Both the position numbers and the translations under genes were made by a program. Below are positions 38,101 through 50,100 of a stretch of DNA of 64,000 bases, piece by piece. This DNA comes from Stylophora pistillata (Eukaryota). Each line of letters begins with the position of its first letter. Position 1 is the first letter of the stretch. The DNA is taken from NCBI RefSeq assembly GCF_002571385.2, contig NW_019218509.1, positions 1 to 64,000 of the forward strand, in the 5' to 3' direction. Under the pieces are notes generated by a model. That model had not been told where the DNA came from. It was given only the letters and a program-made list of their open reading frames with translations, and did not search any database.

Positions 38101-41100
38101 CTGGAAACAGTGGACAAGTAGACCCACCTCAAAGAATGTCAACAACTAAATTTCTTAAGTCTGATTTTCACTATAATTGCTTAAATAGTGCTCTTTACTG
38201 CAAGGATCGTGCACAAATACAATTCTACAACCGCAGTTCAGATATATAAATTTAATATAATTATTAGTTGTGTTTGATTTATCATCTTACGGGTTTATGT
38301 CGGACTAATTTGATGACCTGCTCTCAGTCTCCCAGTTAGCTTGTTAGCTCAATTGGTAAAGCAGTGCACTACTATCACAGAGGTCAGTAGTTTGAATCCC
38401 GTACAGGCCTGAATTTTTTCAGGTCTGATTTTCACTATTGCTTAAATAGTGCTCTTTACTGTGGGGATCATGCACAAATACATAGATTCCTAAATTATTA
38501 TCATTATTAATTAGCAATTATTTGCTGAAGGCGAGGTGAACATTGTCGAATAATCCCTGAGACGAAGTCGAGGGGATTTTTCGACAATATTCACCTAACA
38601 TGAGGCGAATAATTGTTTAAGTATAATTTCAGAGCTGAACAACAAAGAAATTTCTAAAATCATAACATTTTAGTAACATTTATTAACATTTTAGTGTAAC
38701 ATTTTATACAAACCGCGCGGAGCGTTTTATATAGTGTCATATAAAGAACCGCTCAACCAATCAGATTGCTGGAAACTCTTTGTTCAGCTCTGAAATTATA
38801 CTAATTATTATTATAATTACTTGCTCCTAAGTCTTCAAAGATGCTTCTGACCTTGAGTGTTGTATCACTTGAAGCTGACACAAGGTAATTTCCAGATGGA
38901 TGAAATGAAACAGCGTTCACTGCATTTGTATGAGCTACAAAATTAAAACAGTATTTAAATTAAAGGACATCAAAGATGATTGCAAAACTCAAAGGCCTGG
39001 TTCTAACATGCTTTACACCTGCAAATCCATTTGTCTACCTTGATAATGCTGAAGCAACTTGTTCATCCTTATGTCCCACACCTTTACAGTACTGTCTGTT
39101 CCACCAGCTGCGATGCATGTGCCATTTGGGTGAAATTCTACTGAGTTTACATATCTGAAGTAAAGATAGGTTAGGTAAGAGAGATGAAAAAGCTAATTAA
39201 CAAACACTAGCTTTAACTTCTGTCTTAATGTTATCAGACATACAATTACTGGTAATCACACATTACATCCATTAAAGGTTTAGATTATATAAAAAGCCAC
39301 CACTCTTAATGAGATGCTCAAAAGATGAATTTCATTTTGAAAAATCAGGGCTTAGGTACAAGGCAAGCACAGATGACATTTATAATTCAGATCGAATTCA
39401 TTACCAATAGAATTGTGCATCTTTGTGCAAATGTCCCCTGTAACAGCAACTGTACAGTATGTACAATTACACAAAGAAATAGGCTAAGATCAGTCTTTCC
39501 TTTTCAGCAAAGTCCATTATGCAGTTAAATAAAATTCGGTGAAAAAATATTGCTGTTGGAATGACAGTGATGCACCACAGGAGCTCCGTGAGCTGATCTT
39601 TTTTTAACTCATGTGAGGGACTTAGCCAAAGAGGAGGGACTCCTTGCATTCTAATGTAGAAAGATCAACAACAGTTTAATATTCCTAATATATAGATTTA
39701 GCCAAGCCTATAAGTGGAGCGCCCAAGTGGTTAATATTTAATGATAACATAAAAGATGTGCATTTGCCAAGACTTGCCTGAGTCACCCCTCCCTTCATTT
39801 TGATAGTCTCCCCTACCAAACCCATGCAATCTGAGGGCACGGACCTACGTATGTACACTCGGTCAGTCACATGACAACCAAATGAAAAGAGGTTGACCAT
39901 ATTCCATGGGTATGGGGCTTTGCCACCATATGCGTTTTGTATGCGTGGGAGCCCCACTATAATTTGACAGCCCTCTTCCCTTACCCCCTCCTATCAATCT
40001 ACTTGTCTAATCTGACCATCCCCTTGGTTTAAATGTTCCCTTTCCGAACCTTCCATTGCTTGGGAAAAAAATCGATAATGGTGGTGAATTCTTTACAAAG
40101 TATTAGATAAAAATATACCAGCAATGTGGGCTGGTGAAGAGCAATACTGATACCATGACAATTTAACTAAGATACAAATTGAATTTGTCAAGAAGAACTA
40201 ACACACCCTCCTGGATCATAAAATGTGTGAACACATTCTTTGCTTGTTCTGTCCCATATCTTAATTGTCTTGTCGTCACTTGCTGAAACAATCATCCGCC
40301 CATCAGGTGAAAACCTACAGAAATACTGAACTGTTAACAACCAAAGTTGACAGGAACAAGAACTACTGTCAGTGTGAAAAAAGTCAGGGCATCTGAGTTG
40401 AGCAATATACTTTAAAACTTCAAAGACACCCAAAAAATCCTTGCTTTGTTTTGACTTCTACTCCCCAGTTGGGTAGTGGTGCATTTATTACAAACAACAG
40501 ATCCCTCTACAGCAGTTTATACTCCTTAATTTTGTAATCCTTGTTGAAGCGTTAGGTTTTATGCACAGAGAGTTTTAAAGTGGATTATTTGCTAAAAGAC
40601 AGACAAGGAGCTATCAACACTGCTGATCGTTACAGTATGCAAGACACGAGTCACATATGAACTTGTGTATAGGCCTTGCTCACCAGAGAGTCTGTGGCCC
40701 AGCGGTAGAGCACTGGAGTGCAGAATCTGAAGGTCTGAGGGGGATTCACACCTCTTTTTTGTCCCACACTTGTGACAAGACAAAAAAAAATCTTTCTCCC
40801 AGCAGCAGATACTTTGCAATTGACTTTTTTCAAATCAGAGACTGAACTTAGTAAGGTACATAATATTCTTCTAATCTGATGATTTTTCATTCTATTAATC
40901 ATATGTTATTTTTTTATTTATTTCAACAGTACTGTAAATGATGAATACCTTGCACATCTCACCCAGTTCATATGAGCATTGAGAGAATATTGAAACTTTT
41001 GACGATGCACAGTCCACACCTACAGCATTAATGATAAAATAATTATTATCAATAATAATGAGCAAGATAGCTAGAAACATGACAAGGTTATGCAAGATAT

Positions 41101-44065
41101 CCATTAATAAAAATGTTTATAGGTGATAATACATATTTTAGGCAGCAATGCGTAAAGAGCAGAATGTAAGGCCTTTGGCAAAAACTATTACAGTACATTC
41201 GGGTGCACTTGGACATACCAAGCCCTTATTTGACCTTTTGTCCCTAAGAGCAATGAACATCTAATTTCGCCTTACAATATCACCCCTAAACCCCACATTT
41301 ATTTAACATTCCAAGGATAAAAAAATGATCACTAGCAAAAGAAGTTCTTGATTGTTAAACAAATTCTCCTTGTCAGCACCTTAGGAAATGTATAGAGAAC
41401 GGTATGGAGAATATGCATACTGATGTTAGGATGTGAAGGCATTAATGAACGGTTGATTCTGTCTCTAACCCCTTTTTGGCTGCCATGGTATGGTGACAAC
41501 TGTTCATTTCTTTTATATATATCAAAAATATTTTATCATAATTATTCCTAGCAATTTACATACCAGTAGTCAAGTTATTTGTTCATCTTTTCCTTCAAAA
41601 GGGCTTGAAATAAATTTGCAGGACGCAAGTGTATGTTACCTTGACTGTTTTATCATCTGATGCAGTGAGAAGAGATTGTCCATCCCCTGAAAAGTCCACA
41701 CTTCGTACTGTTGCTGTATGAGCTTTGAACACTGTACTTTCTCCTTTACTTCACGAAACAGAACAGAGAAATACAAGAATTAGTATTATTCAACTCTAGG
41801 GTTCTACTTTTCACAGACCAGTAGATTTTAGTGCAAAGCAAAGTGTACAGGGAAGAATTCCCTACTATTCTGATCTCACTAGCACTAACTTCCATCCTCA
41901 AACAACTCATCCACATTATACACTTACAGGTTCTGTCAAAGAGGCACATCATCCCTCAACACCCAAGATCTGATTGTTAATTCTCCCTCTAGCTGCTACA
42001 CATTTCCTTGATAGGAATTTGGTATTGGATAAAGATAACAACCTCTACCTGATGAGTTTTGAGTATTCTCATTACCTGTTTGCTGGATGAAGTATGGATG
42101 TTTTAGGGAGAAGTTACATGTTAATCCCTTCCAAATTATAAAATATTGATCATTATACAATTGAAGTAAAGCAAATACAACTGTTACAGTTAATACACTT
42201 ACACACTAGGAACCCAAAGTCTGACAGTTTTGTCCCTGGACGCTGATGCAATCAGGTGCCCTGATGGAGAAAACCTCACTGACAGTACCGCATCCTGACA
42301 AGAGAATCAAGAGAAATTTAAAGTTAAAGTCTCTTGCAATATCAAAAATACCAAAGCCATGCAAGATTAATAAATTCTTGAACCTCTTCTGCATAATTTT
42401 CTGTCAAATTATTCAAAATACTGATTATCTAGAAAAGAAATTAATCTTCTGACTTTTTAAATAACCATAAAAAATCGTCCACCACAGTTCATCTACATGA
42501 CCACTAGCCAACAGTACCATCATTAGATTGAAGGTTACTCAAATTAGTTTCTGCTAATGAAAATGAGGATCCATTCACCCCATTAGCAAACTATTCCATG
42601 ATCAGGGTTTTGCAGTTTTAGTAGCCAAAAGGAAAGCATTTCTTGAAATAACAGCATACAACCTCCTCAACCCAATTCTCTGGGTCTGAAATCTCTACCC
42701 TATCTATGTAAATAAGGTAAATTGGTTGAAATACAGCATAGTTATTCTCTGGTAAAATATGTTGTAGTTGCCCTGTAGCCAGGTATGGCAGACTGTAAGG
42801 ATATTATTTTACTGATGAGCTGCTAGGAATAAAAGGGTTAACATAGGATAAGAGACAAAGAAACAAATTAAAGGAATGATTCACAAAATATATCATCATA
42901 CCTTGTGTCCAACAAATCTGTATGCTCGCATATGAGGCTTGAAATGCCAGATCATTAGACTTGAATCCATAGACCCAGTAACTGTCCAGGAAAGTAAAGT
43001 ACTTCGTAAGAAGAATTATTGAATTAATCATAATTAGCTAGCAAATCCCACTTAAAGGATCGTATCTAAACAGATCTTGGTAAATATGTTTGACTTAAAG
43101 ACTGATTTACTCCTCATGAAACCCTCAAAAGTCAGAACAACTCAGAAATAATTTGGCATTTCTGAGCACCATCAAGTTACTGTTTTCATGTTCCCATAAG
43201 CAATAACAAACTCACAAGACATGTTCATGTTTCCTGTTTAAAATTGTTGTGAAAGTCTCCGTATCTTTTACTCTCTAAGTAGTAAGGTTGGTTCAGTTGA
43301 ATGACTATCTCCCCTCCCCCTCCCCATCCCCTCCCCATCAGTCCCTTGCTATCATTATCTCTAACCACCTGTTGAAGTATGGTTTGGAGATGATGTGTCC
43401 CTGCACCTCAGCAAACCTTGAGTTGCACAATCCTTTTTAAAGCAAACAAGTAGTTCTTTTTTTTACCTACATTTAGACAAATGCAAGATTGTTGAGGCTG
43501 CAGTTGAATGAGCACATTAAGTGATCAGGTACTGTACTTTCACGTTCAGCCTCAGAACAACTTCAGAATATTAATTTTTTCTACTTTACCAAACGCCTTT
43601 TTTGTTTACTGTTCTTTGCGCTTTTGCAGTGAGCAAGTAACACTAAGCTAACTCTTTGTGATTGTAAGTCTCCAAGATCTTGCCTCAGATCTAAGAGAAT
43701 AATACAATATCTACAAGCTCCTACAGTGAGCGAGTAACTGGTAACTGTAGATGTTGTTAAGATCTTTGAATTCCAAAGTTTTGGCTCAGATATGCGTCGT
43801 AAGGTGGCAGTCGTTGACTTACCAAGCTGTTTCATGTTTGGATTAAAATCAACGCTTGTCACCGTGTCTCTGTGGCCCTTAAAGTGCCTTTCGAGCGTTG
43901 GATCTTCCTACGAAGTAATCGTAACACAATTGAGAAGAATAGGGTGATATTTCTCTTGCAATCAAAGTCTTGCAACCATGATAATTACAACACTTTTGCA
44001 TCCTTCCGAATTGTCCACAATTTCTCTCGCTAATCCCGCATGTAACTTACCAAACTCGATGCCAT
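20103..44065 (-). CDS. POC1: POC1 centriolar protein (WD40 repeats + C-terminal Poc1 coiled coil), 16 coding exons, 462 aa
   Basis: GT-AG, phase-consistent exons: 44051-44065, 43823-43907, 42902-42981, 42203-42294, 41640-41748, 40949-41019, 40207-40314, 39039-39154, 38852-38934, 37099-37149, 36213-36281, 36012-36057, 35350-35450, 33873-33959, 20753-20923, 20103-20207 (1389 nt). Translation [33 protein letters not shown]...[48 protein letters not shown]. Confidence 0.95.
21812..21976. mobile_element. Palindromic MITE
   Basis: ~60-bp arms atacaccgaatgcaaatatggcgtccaattt..ggactgactagcctc / gaggctagtcagtcc..ttggacgccatatttgcattcggtgtat. Confidence 0.75.
22770..22868 (-). mobile_element. tRNA-derived SINE head
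   Basis: Reverse strand ggttagctcaatggatagagcgctagac..ggtcgagggttcgagcccc has A-box and B-box motifs. Confidence 0.65.
22904..25108 (-). pseudogene. TRIM-NHL copy 4, nested in POC1 intron 14
   Basis: Full architecture spread over four ORFs; indels at ~24520-24580 and ~24265, CGA>TGA at 23903; NHL domain uninterrupted. Confidence 0.9.
25540..25660 (-). mobile_element. tRNA-derived SINE (second family)
   Basis: Same family as 38338-38475, 60480-60629, 61378-61520 and fragments at ~11945-12075 (gttagctcaattggtagagcgctgcac..ggttcgaatcccgtacaggcctga). Confidence 0.7.
25708..26839 (-). pseudogene. TRIM copy 5: internally deleted tandem duplicate of copy 4
   Basis: RING only (26648-26839), then a repeat at 26418-26630, then an NHL segment 25649-26414 essentially identical to 22845-23610; upstream flank 26840-27265 matches 25109-25535. 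Confidence 0.88.
26418..26630. mobile_element. Dispersed MITE-like repeat at the copy 5 deletion breakpoint
   Basis: Matches the longer copy at ~53915-54230 (acacgactcggg..accaatcaaaatgctcta..ttattaaccaagcttgctcgggaccgtact). Confidence 0.8.
29884..32145 (-). pseudogene. TRIM-NHL copy 6, single in-frame TAG, nested in POC1 intron 14
   Basis: ORFs 31195-32151 (RING, B-boxes, coiled coil) and 29884-31188 (filamin, NHL) are in the same frame, separated only by TAG 31195-31197 (AAG in most paralogues). Confidence 0.9.
34983..35255. mobile_element. TTAA-flanked MITE family (piggyBac-like ends)
   Basis: ttaaccctttacccc ... aaagagttaa; related copies at ~21400-21595, 35470-35695, 41235-41445 and 41950-42130. 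Confidence 0.55.
36754..37067 (+). mobile_element. Penelope-like element 3' fragment with 14-bp target-site duplication
   Basis: Encodes [29 protein letters not shown] (GIY-YIG end); taacttctgctaca at 36740-36753 and 37068-37081. Confidence 0.85.
36978..37011 (+). ncRNA. Minimal hammerhead ribozyme motif (core variant CCGACGA)
   Basis: GCT-CCGACGA-AGGGCTAACACTC-GAAA-C-GTC^AGC downstream of the PLE ORF end. Confidence 0.6.
37398..37575. mobile_element. MITE with CAGGG..TTCATTAA termini; second copy at ~48745-48918
   Basis: cagggatttcattaa ... ttaatgaaaccctg; internal sequence shared by both copies. Confidence 0.65.
37925..38150 (+). mobile_element. Degenerate tRNA-derived SINE
   Basis: gggatgacacagaggttaagagcacttgcttcccac..ggtttgattcc head followed by tgtgggttgagtttgttgtt body. 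Confidence 0.55.
38515..38805. mobile_element. Hairpin-containing MITE-like repeat
   Basis: ggtgaacattgtcgaataatccc..gagacgaagtcgag..gggattttcgacaatattcacc, plus inverted tataatttcagagctgaac / gttcagctctgaaattata. Confidence 0.6.
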
Positions 44066-44162
44066 CGCCACAGTGACGATTTTCCAAACACCTGCTCAAC
44101 ACTACTTGATCCAAGAAGCTCCAAACCCTATATCAGTGCAGCTTTCGTCTTCCACAAATTTC

Positions 44163-44174
44163 AAAAATGGCGGC
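44163..44174 (+). promoter_or_regulatory. YY1-like motif in the POC1 promoter region
   Basis: aaaaatggcggc ~100 bp upstream of the POC1 ATG; a similar catggcggcc lies ~65 bp upstream of the TMCO6 ATG. Confidence 0.35.
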
Positions 44175-45239
44175 TGTCGTTCTTATTCTTATGACGCAAG
44201 ACCGCTGACTCTATATTAAAATTTCTCAGGCTCCACCTTGGGTTTCAATGTCACTAAATTTCGCACATGGGCTGTGTGAGGGCGACACTATCTACCTTGT
44301 GGTTATCAGCGCTTGTTTGACCGCACAGGGCCGCTTAGACACCTTTTCCAAGTCTACTTGTCTTGTATAGTTGTAATGCATCCATAGAGAGCAAAGGATG
44401 CTCTAAGGTTTCTGCAACTCATAACGACCATAACTAAAAGATTAATTCAAGATTGCCCCCCCCCCCCGCTCCAAAATGATTTGTCTACATGCGCCTTACT
44501 CAAAGTCCCGTGCATCGCGCTAAAGTCAATGTTTTTTCACTTATTTACTTTTCACACACGCAAAGGATTTTTCCCAGAAGCAGGGACTACTTGTGGTCTA
44601 CCATTATTCTGCAAATCTCTCCCTTAACAAAACCTGGTTTTAAGCTAAACAAATAGCTTACATAATTATGTAAGACTTACCAAACTCTTAGAATAATCCT
44701 TTAACAGACCAGCTTTGGGGAAAAAGTTCATACCAGTGATGTCAAAAAAGGTAATTTCACTTTATTCATTAGTATAAAAAACATAAAAATTTCTCGACTA
44801 AAAACTCCTTTCCTCATTATACTTAATTAACCTAGTGATATTACTTGTACAGCCGAGGGTTGCACCGGCACACTTCTGTCCGGCTAGGGAATTATATATG
44901 CGGTTTCTCTGTCTCACTGTCTATTTTATTTCTTAAATGTCAAGTATGAAAAGACTGAAGTCAATGTTGAAAAATTTATTTATTTCGTCAAATTCAATTA
45001 CACAGATAATCAAAACAAAAACAAAAACAAGGAGTTAATATATACAAGTACAAAAAAAGAGATATCTGAGTAATTAGGCCAGTTTGTACAAAATACTAGA
45101 TTCCTTATTTTAAATAAACTGCCTGTTATAAAATACAAAAAAATGAAAAACTAACATAGACAAATAGCAACGACAATAAGTAATCAAAAACTATAAAAAT
45201 TTATCCTTACTTAAGTTAAATTTACTGATATAAAACTGA

Positions 45240-45435
45240 TTCACTTTCTTACTAAACAAAGATACTCAATCAATTGTCCTAATAGCAACAGGCAGGCCAT
45301 TACATAAATTCTCGATGCGATTAAAAAATGAGAATTTAAAAACATCGGTCGAAAAACAACCCTTGGCAAGTATGGCTTCTGTATTCCTCATATCGTACTT
45401 ATATGATTTGAAGCAGACATGATAAAAAAACATCT
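45240..45435 (-). mobile_element. CR1-like LINE 3' fragment
   Basis: STDVFKFSFFNRIENLCNGLPVAIR. Confidence 0.6.
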
Positions 45436-46559
45436 GAAAAAAAAACATTAAATTTAAGAACTTCTTAGTGCACTTTTCCATGAAATGTTGTAAAAACAAC
45501 AAAGCAGGCTCTCATTCTGGCCAATCAAAACAAAGGATGATATCACAAGGACCTTGTGAGAGGGTCTTAAAATTGTGTAAGATCAACTTTGATGTTGGAA
45601 AATGCTTCTGATTAAACCAAAGAGACCAGTCTTGATAAACAATCCCCAAAATTTATTGTGTGATCATGTAATTGGTTGGGAAAGTGGCCCTATTGACTCT
45701 CCATTCAAAATTGCTCTAAGCTCTTTGCTGGAGAATTTAATATTAATTAACATATCTACAAGTCTTACTTGCATTATTTATTTTATTACTTGCTTTGTAC
45801 TTTGTACATTTTTACTTGTTTACTTAATAAACAATTTGCCTTAGGCTACATAAATTATTAGAGAAGGTATTCTTGGCAATCTTACGGAAGAAAGTAAGAT
45901 CATTCCATGATGTCAATATGGCAAAGGCTATTCCCATCTAAATATTCCTTTTTCTTTTTTTTTTTATTATAGCCCCTTTCGTGAAAGTGGGTTAGTGGTT
46001 AAATAAATAAATAAATGAAGGACAGACAAATAGGCAAACAGACAGATGGACAAAGAGAAAGAAGACATGCAAAAATAAACTAAAAAGAAACAAAAGGAGC
46101 AATGACTTCTGGAAATAGCTAATTTAAAAATACCTTTAAGGCTTGATGCAAGTGAAGAAAGCCCAGTTGCATTTGTATATTTGCTAGCTAGTTGATTTCC
46201 TCACCCAAATGGTTGTGATTTGTGATTTTATATAAAAGTAGAATTATTTAACTATTGATCACATGTAGAAGTCTTCACATAATTTCCTTAAGTGTAATGT
46301 CAAAATACTGCTTAATATTAAAATATTGCTTAGAATATTGCATCATAATAATAGTAATAATAATAATAGTTCATCTTCATTGAGGATGCCAACATCACAA
46401 AAAGGTGGTTTACAGAGGGGTCCTCTAAAAGTAACTACATAAAATATAATTACTTAAAAATAGAAATAAAAAAATACATATCGAAAAATATGAAGATAAA
46501 ACTACATTTAATTTATTTGAAAATTAACATGCGAAAAACGAAACTAATTAAAATAGTGC

Positions 46560-47075
46560 TTCAATCAATCAATCCTTTATTTAAACACGTGACACCTAGG
46601 AGTACAGAAGTTCTCGTTAAAACGTGTACGTGTATGTACAATTAGAAATAAAACATAATTTCTGTAAGAATACAAATAATAAGTAGATCTATTAAATAAC
46701 TAAAAACAGGATCGAAGATCATGGACAAGAGCTATCAATAAAAAGTTACAATATTAACAATAACGATATTTACAATCACTACCACTAAGCCATGTGGGCT
46801 TGAAGAGAACGCTTGAATGAAACAATATCTTGAGATTCTCTGATTCTAGGGGGTAGCGCATTCCTAACAATTGGAATTGCCTACGATTCTCCAATGACTT
46901 AATGTCGGCCAACTTGAGAAGGAAGTCGTATGACACAGACTTCGAGAAGCCTAATATAGTTCTTAATATAAAGTAATTAGTTGTCTCTATTTTAGTAGTC
47001 TCCGCGTTACCTACTCCCAGTAAAAGGGGACTGCAGTACTCAAGATGAGGGAGAACATAGGCCTTTCTTGATACC
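46560..47075 (-). mobile_element. LINE 3' fragment just downstream of the Ig-like gene stop
   Basis: KAYVLPHLEYCSPLLLGV..LENRRQFQ; ends in aataaa plus (gatt)n on the minus strand. Confidence 0.7.
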
Positions 47076-47137
47076 ACGCTTAAATTGGCTTAAGGTGGGC
47101 ACATCTCTCATCGAATAAAATCCTTCACTCTTGTTGG

Positions 47138-50100
47138 TTAACTAACTAAACTGTTCAAATATCTTGCTATCCTTTCTTGGCGAGATAATCCAGTAATTAT
47201 GAACCTCAATGCTACTAAAAGCAGCATGGGAACCACAATAAATGCCGCAGAGACCCCGTTGTCTATAAAAAGATGAAAAAGAGAGAGTTAAAATCTTTTG
47301 TGTTCTTTTCTTTTCTTAATGTACAGCTATCAATAATAAATGACAAAGAGGGGTTCTATTTATTAAAATTCCACCATCCTTTACTGAAAGAAGTAAAGAC
47401 ACATGATATGCAGGTCTGCACTTGTTTCAGTGGGGATTAATATAGGTTAAGTAAGGTAGTGCTTTCACCAATATGACGAGTGGGTTGAGGAGGGGAGTGG
47501 TCTTCAAAAGTTAAAATCCCTAGGGGGGGTTTCAGGGGGGAGGGATGTTAAAGCTTCAATTTGATCATTAACCTATTACACTTAAACCAACAATTCTCCC
47601 ACTGACTTTAAATTACAGCAAAGCGAACTATGCTAATGCACACAAAAATTAAATGAGGGCTGCAAAAAATACAGTCAACCAGCTGGCTTAATTGATTCTT
47701 ACAGGTTTTAACAACAACAAAAATTCCAAATGCTCTGAAGGCCTGAACATGCCTTCAGATTTTTTCCTTCCCCTCCCTCTCTCCCGTTGCTCATTTTTCC
47801 ATTTAACACCTACTCCCTTGGCAAATATTTCCTCGCCCCAATCCTCCACTGTTACCAAAGCAAAGATGGCAGCCTAATACGAAAATGTGCACTCGTGGGC
47901 CCAAAATATGCTGGCACTGCAGGCTAAATAAAATCTTAATAAGTTAATTCAATTTTACTAAAACTAACAACCATCAATTTACCTCTGATTGGTGGGTTGT
48001 CAGATATGCCTTGAACATCTGGCGACAGAGTGTCGACTACAGATAGAAATTAAAACATTCATGGAAAAAATGTAATAATCATGAGTTCCAAATCAAGTTT
48101 ACAGCTGTTCACCAGTCTTAAGACTGGACTTCAAAGATTAAGTCCCTTAAAATCTCTCAATTGTACTAAACATCAAATTGTTCAACTCTTAGATCTACAT
48201 TTTAATTTTCTTCTAATTGAAGACAAACATTTCCTAGTCGGTACAGTCGAACCTCGATTATCCAGACTCGTCGGGACTTTGGTAAACAGTCCAGATAATC
48301 GCGAGTCCGTATATTTGAAAATATGAATGTTAATGAAACAACAATGTAAAAAAAAAGAAATAAAAAAAACACACTTTAAATCCGAAAAGTCTGCTTCAAT
48401 GACTCTCCAAGCGCTCGATCTTTTGAAAGCGGAGGAGGTATTGCACTGTTTTAAACGCACTTTTCCTGACCTTAAAACAAAATCTCTGAATTTTTTTACC
48501 TCATAACATTTGAAGATCGAAGCTCATAAATAATCATGAAAAAACGGGACCAAGGAAAAAGTCTGGATAATCGAGGTCCGGATAATCAAGGTTTAATTGC
48601 ACACATAATTATAAGCCCTAAGAATTCAATGTTCATTGAGATTAAAAAAAGTTCAAGTTCATACTCAAGTGACCCATCTAATCTAAGCTGGCCCCTGTTT
48701 CCTTAGCATAAAGCGACTAGGAGTATCACAGGATAACTACTCAAGCATTTCATTAATGTTTTCAGCAGGAGGGCAACTGGTTTTCACAGGCAGGCAAAAC
48801 TTTTTGAACTAAACTTCTTTATAAGAAAAACCTTCCTCCAGATTGTTAAACCAGGTGGGCAAAACCGTCCTTACAATCAGTCAATTCGGCCGGTGCCCGG
48901 CCCTTAATGAAATCCCTGACTACTCCCCCCCCAGGATGAGTTCATTGCAAGGTTACCCCCACAGTGTTTCATCAGGTTTCCCTAACAATTTGTTACCACC
49001 TATTTAAAGTTCTGGGTGGGGAGAGTACGTACTGTGAGAGCTAAGAGTTTTTTCCCCAAAATAGAACACAATGACCTGACCAGGCCTTGAACCCAAACCT
49101 CAGCACACTAACCATTTTAGGCGTGGGAAATTTGCTCTCACTTGTTTGTAATTTTTTGTCAGTGGGTTTTGACAGATGAGGCTAATTTGATCTGCTTCAT
49201 TGCTGCAGCTTTCTTTAATAATATTAATCATAAGAAATTCTGCTTTTTCTTTCCTTTGCCATCACTTAAAATAACTGAATGCCTCTCTCCCACAAATAAT
49301 TTTTCACTCCCACCATTGATTTTCAAGAAATTTTCACTCATTCTTCACCACCATGACTCCTACTTAACTACACCAATGCAAGGTGACTTCACTCTCACCC
49401 TCCTTCTTGTGCCGCAATTTTGGCACCAGGTCATGTACTGAACCACAAGAACTCCAATGCAGCCATTTCAATTCTCCCTAATAATCACAGAGTGAGACTA
49501 ACAAGGATTACACAAACAATACACAATTTAACCCTACCTGTAGTTGGTGGCTCCACAGTGTTTTGATCATTTGCAGATGCAATATATACTGTAGACGGAA
49601 CAACTATAAAACAAAAAAGATAAGATTCCCAAATAAAATTATTGATGATGTGGAAAAGATTGTATATTCTACAATTTCTGGTCATACAGTGACAATCAAG
49701 TCAGTTAAATAAAAAAGTTCTCATTTTGCTACTGATAATTCTCACTGCAATAACTTACAATTAAAACCAAAATAAATTCACAGTTCTCTGAAGACCACAA
49801 CAGGACTTTTATATTTCAAGGGTACTTACAAAATGTGGACCTGTTACTTATAACCTAATTATGACTATTAATTCTACAATAAACTCTACCTGTGTTTGAG
49901 GGTCCAACAGTCTTGTGAAATCCTGGAGATATCTTAGGGCTTATAAATGTTGGTGTACCTGTCAAACAAGAAAAAAAGGAGTTTTTCAGAATATAATCAC
50001 ACATACAGATCAAACAATACAATAACCCTTGGGAGTTTTGGTCAAATATTGAAAAAACATAGCTCCAAACCACAGAAATTAGGACTGTATACCTTATAGG

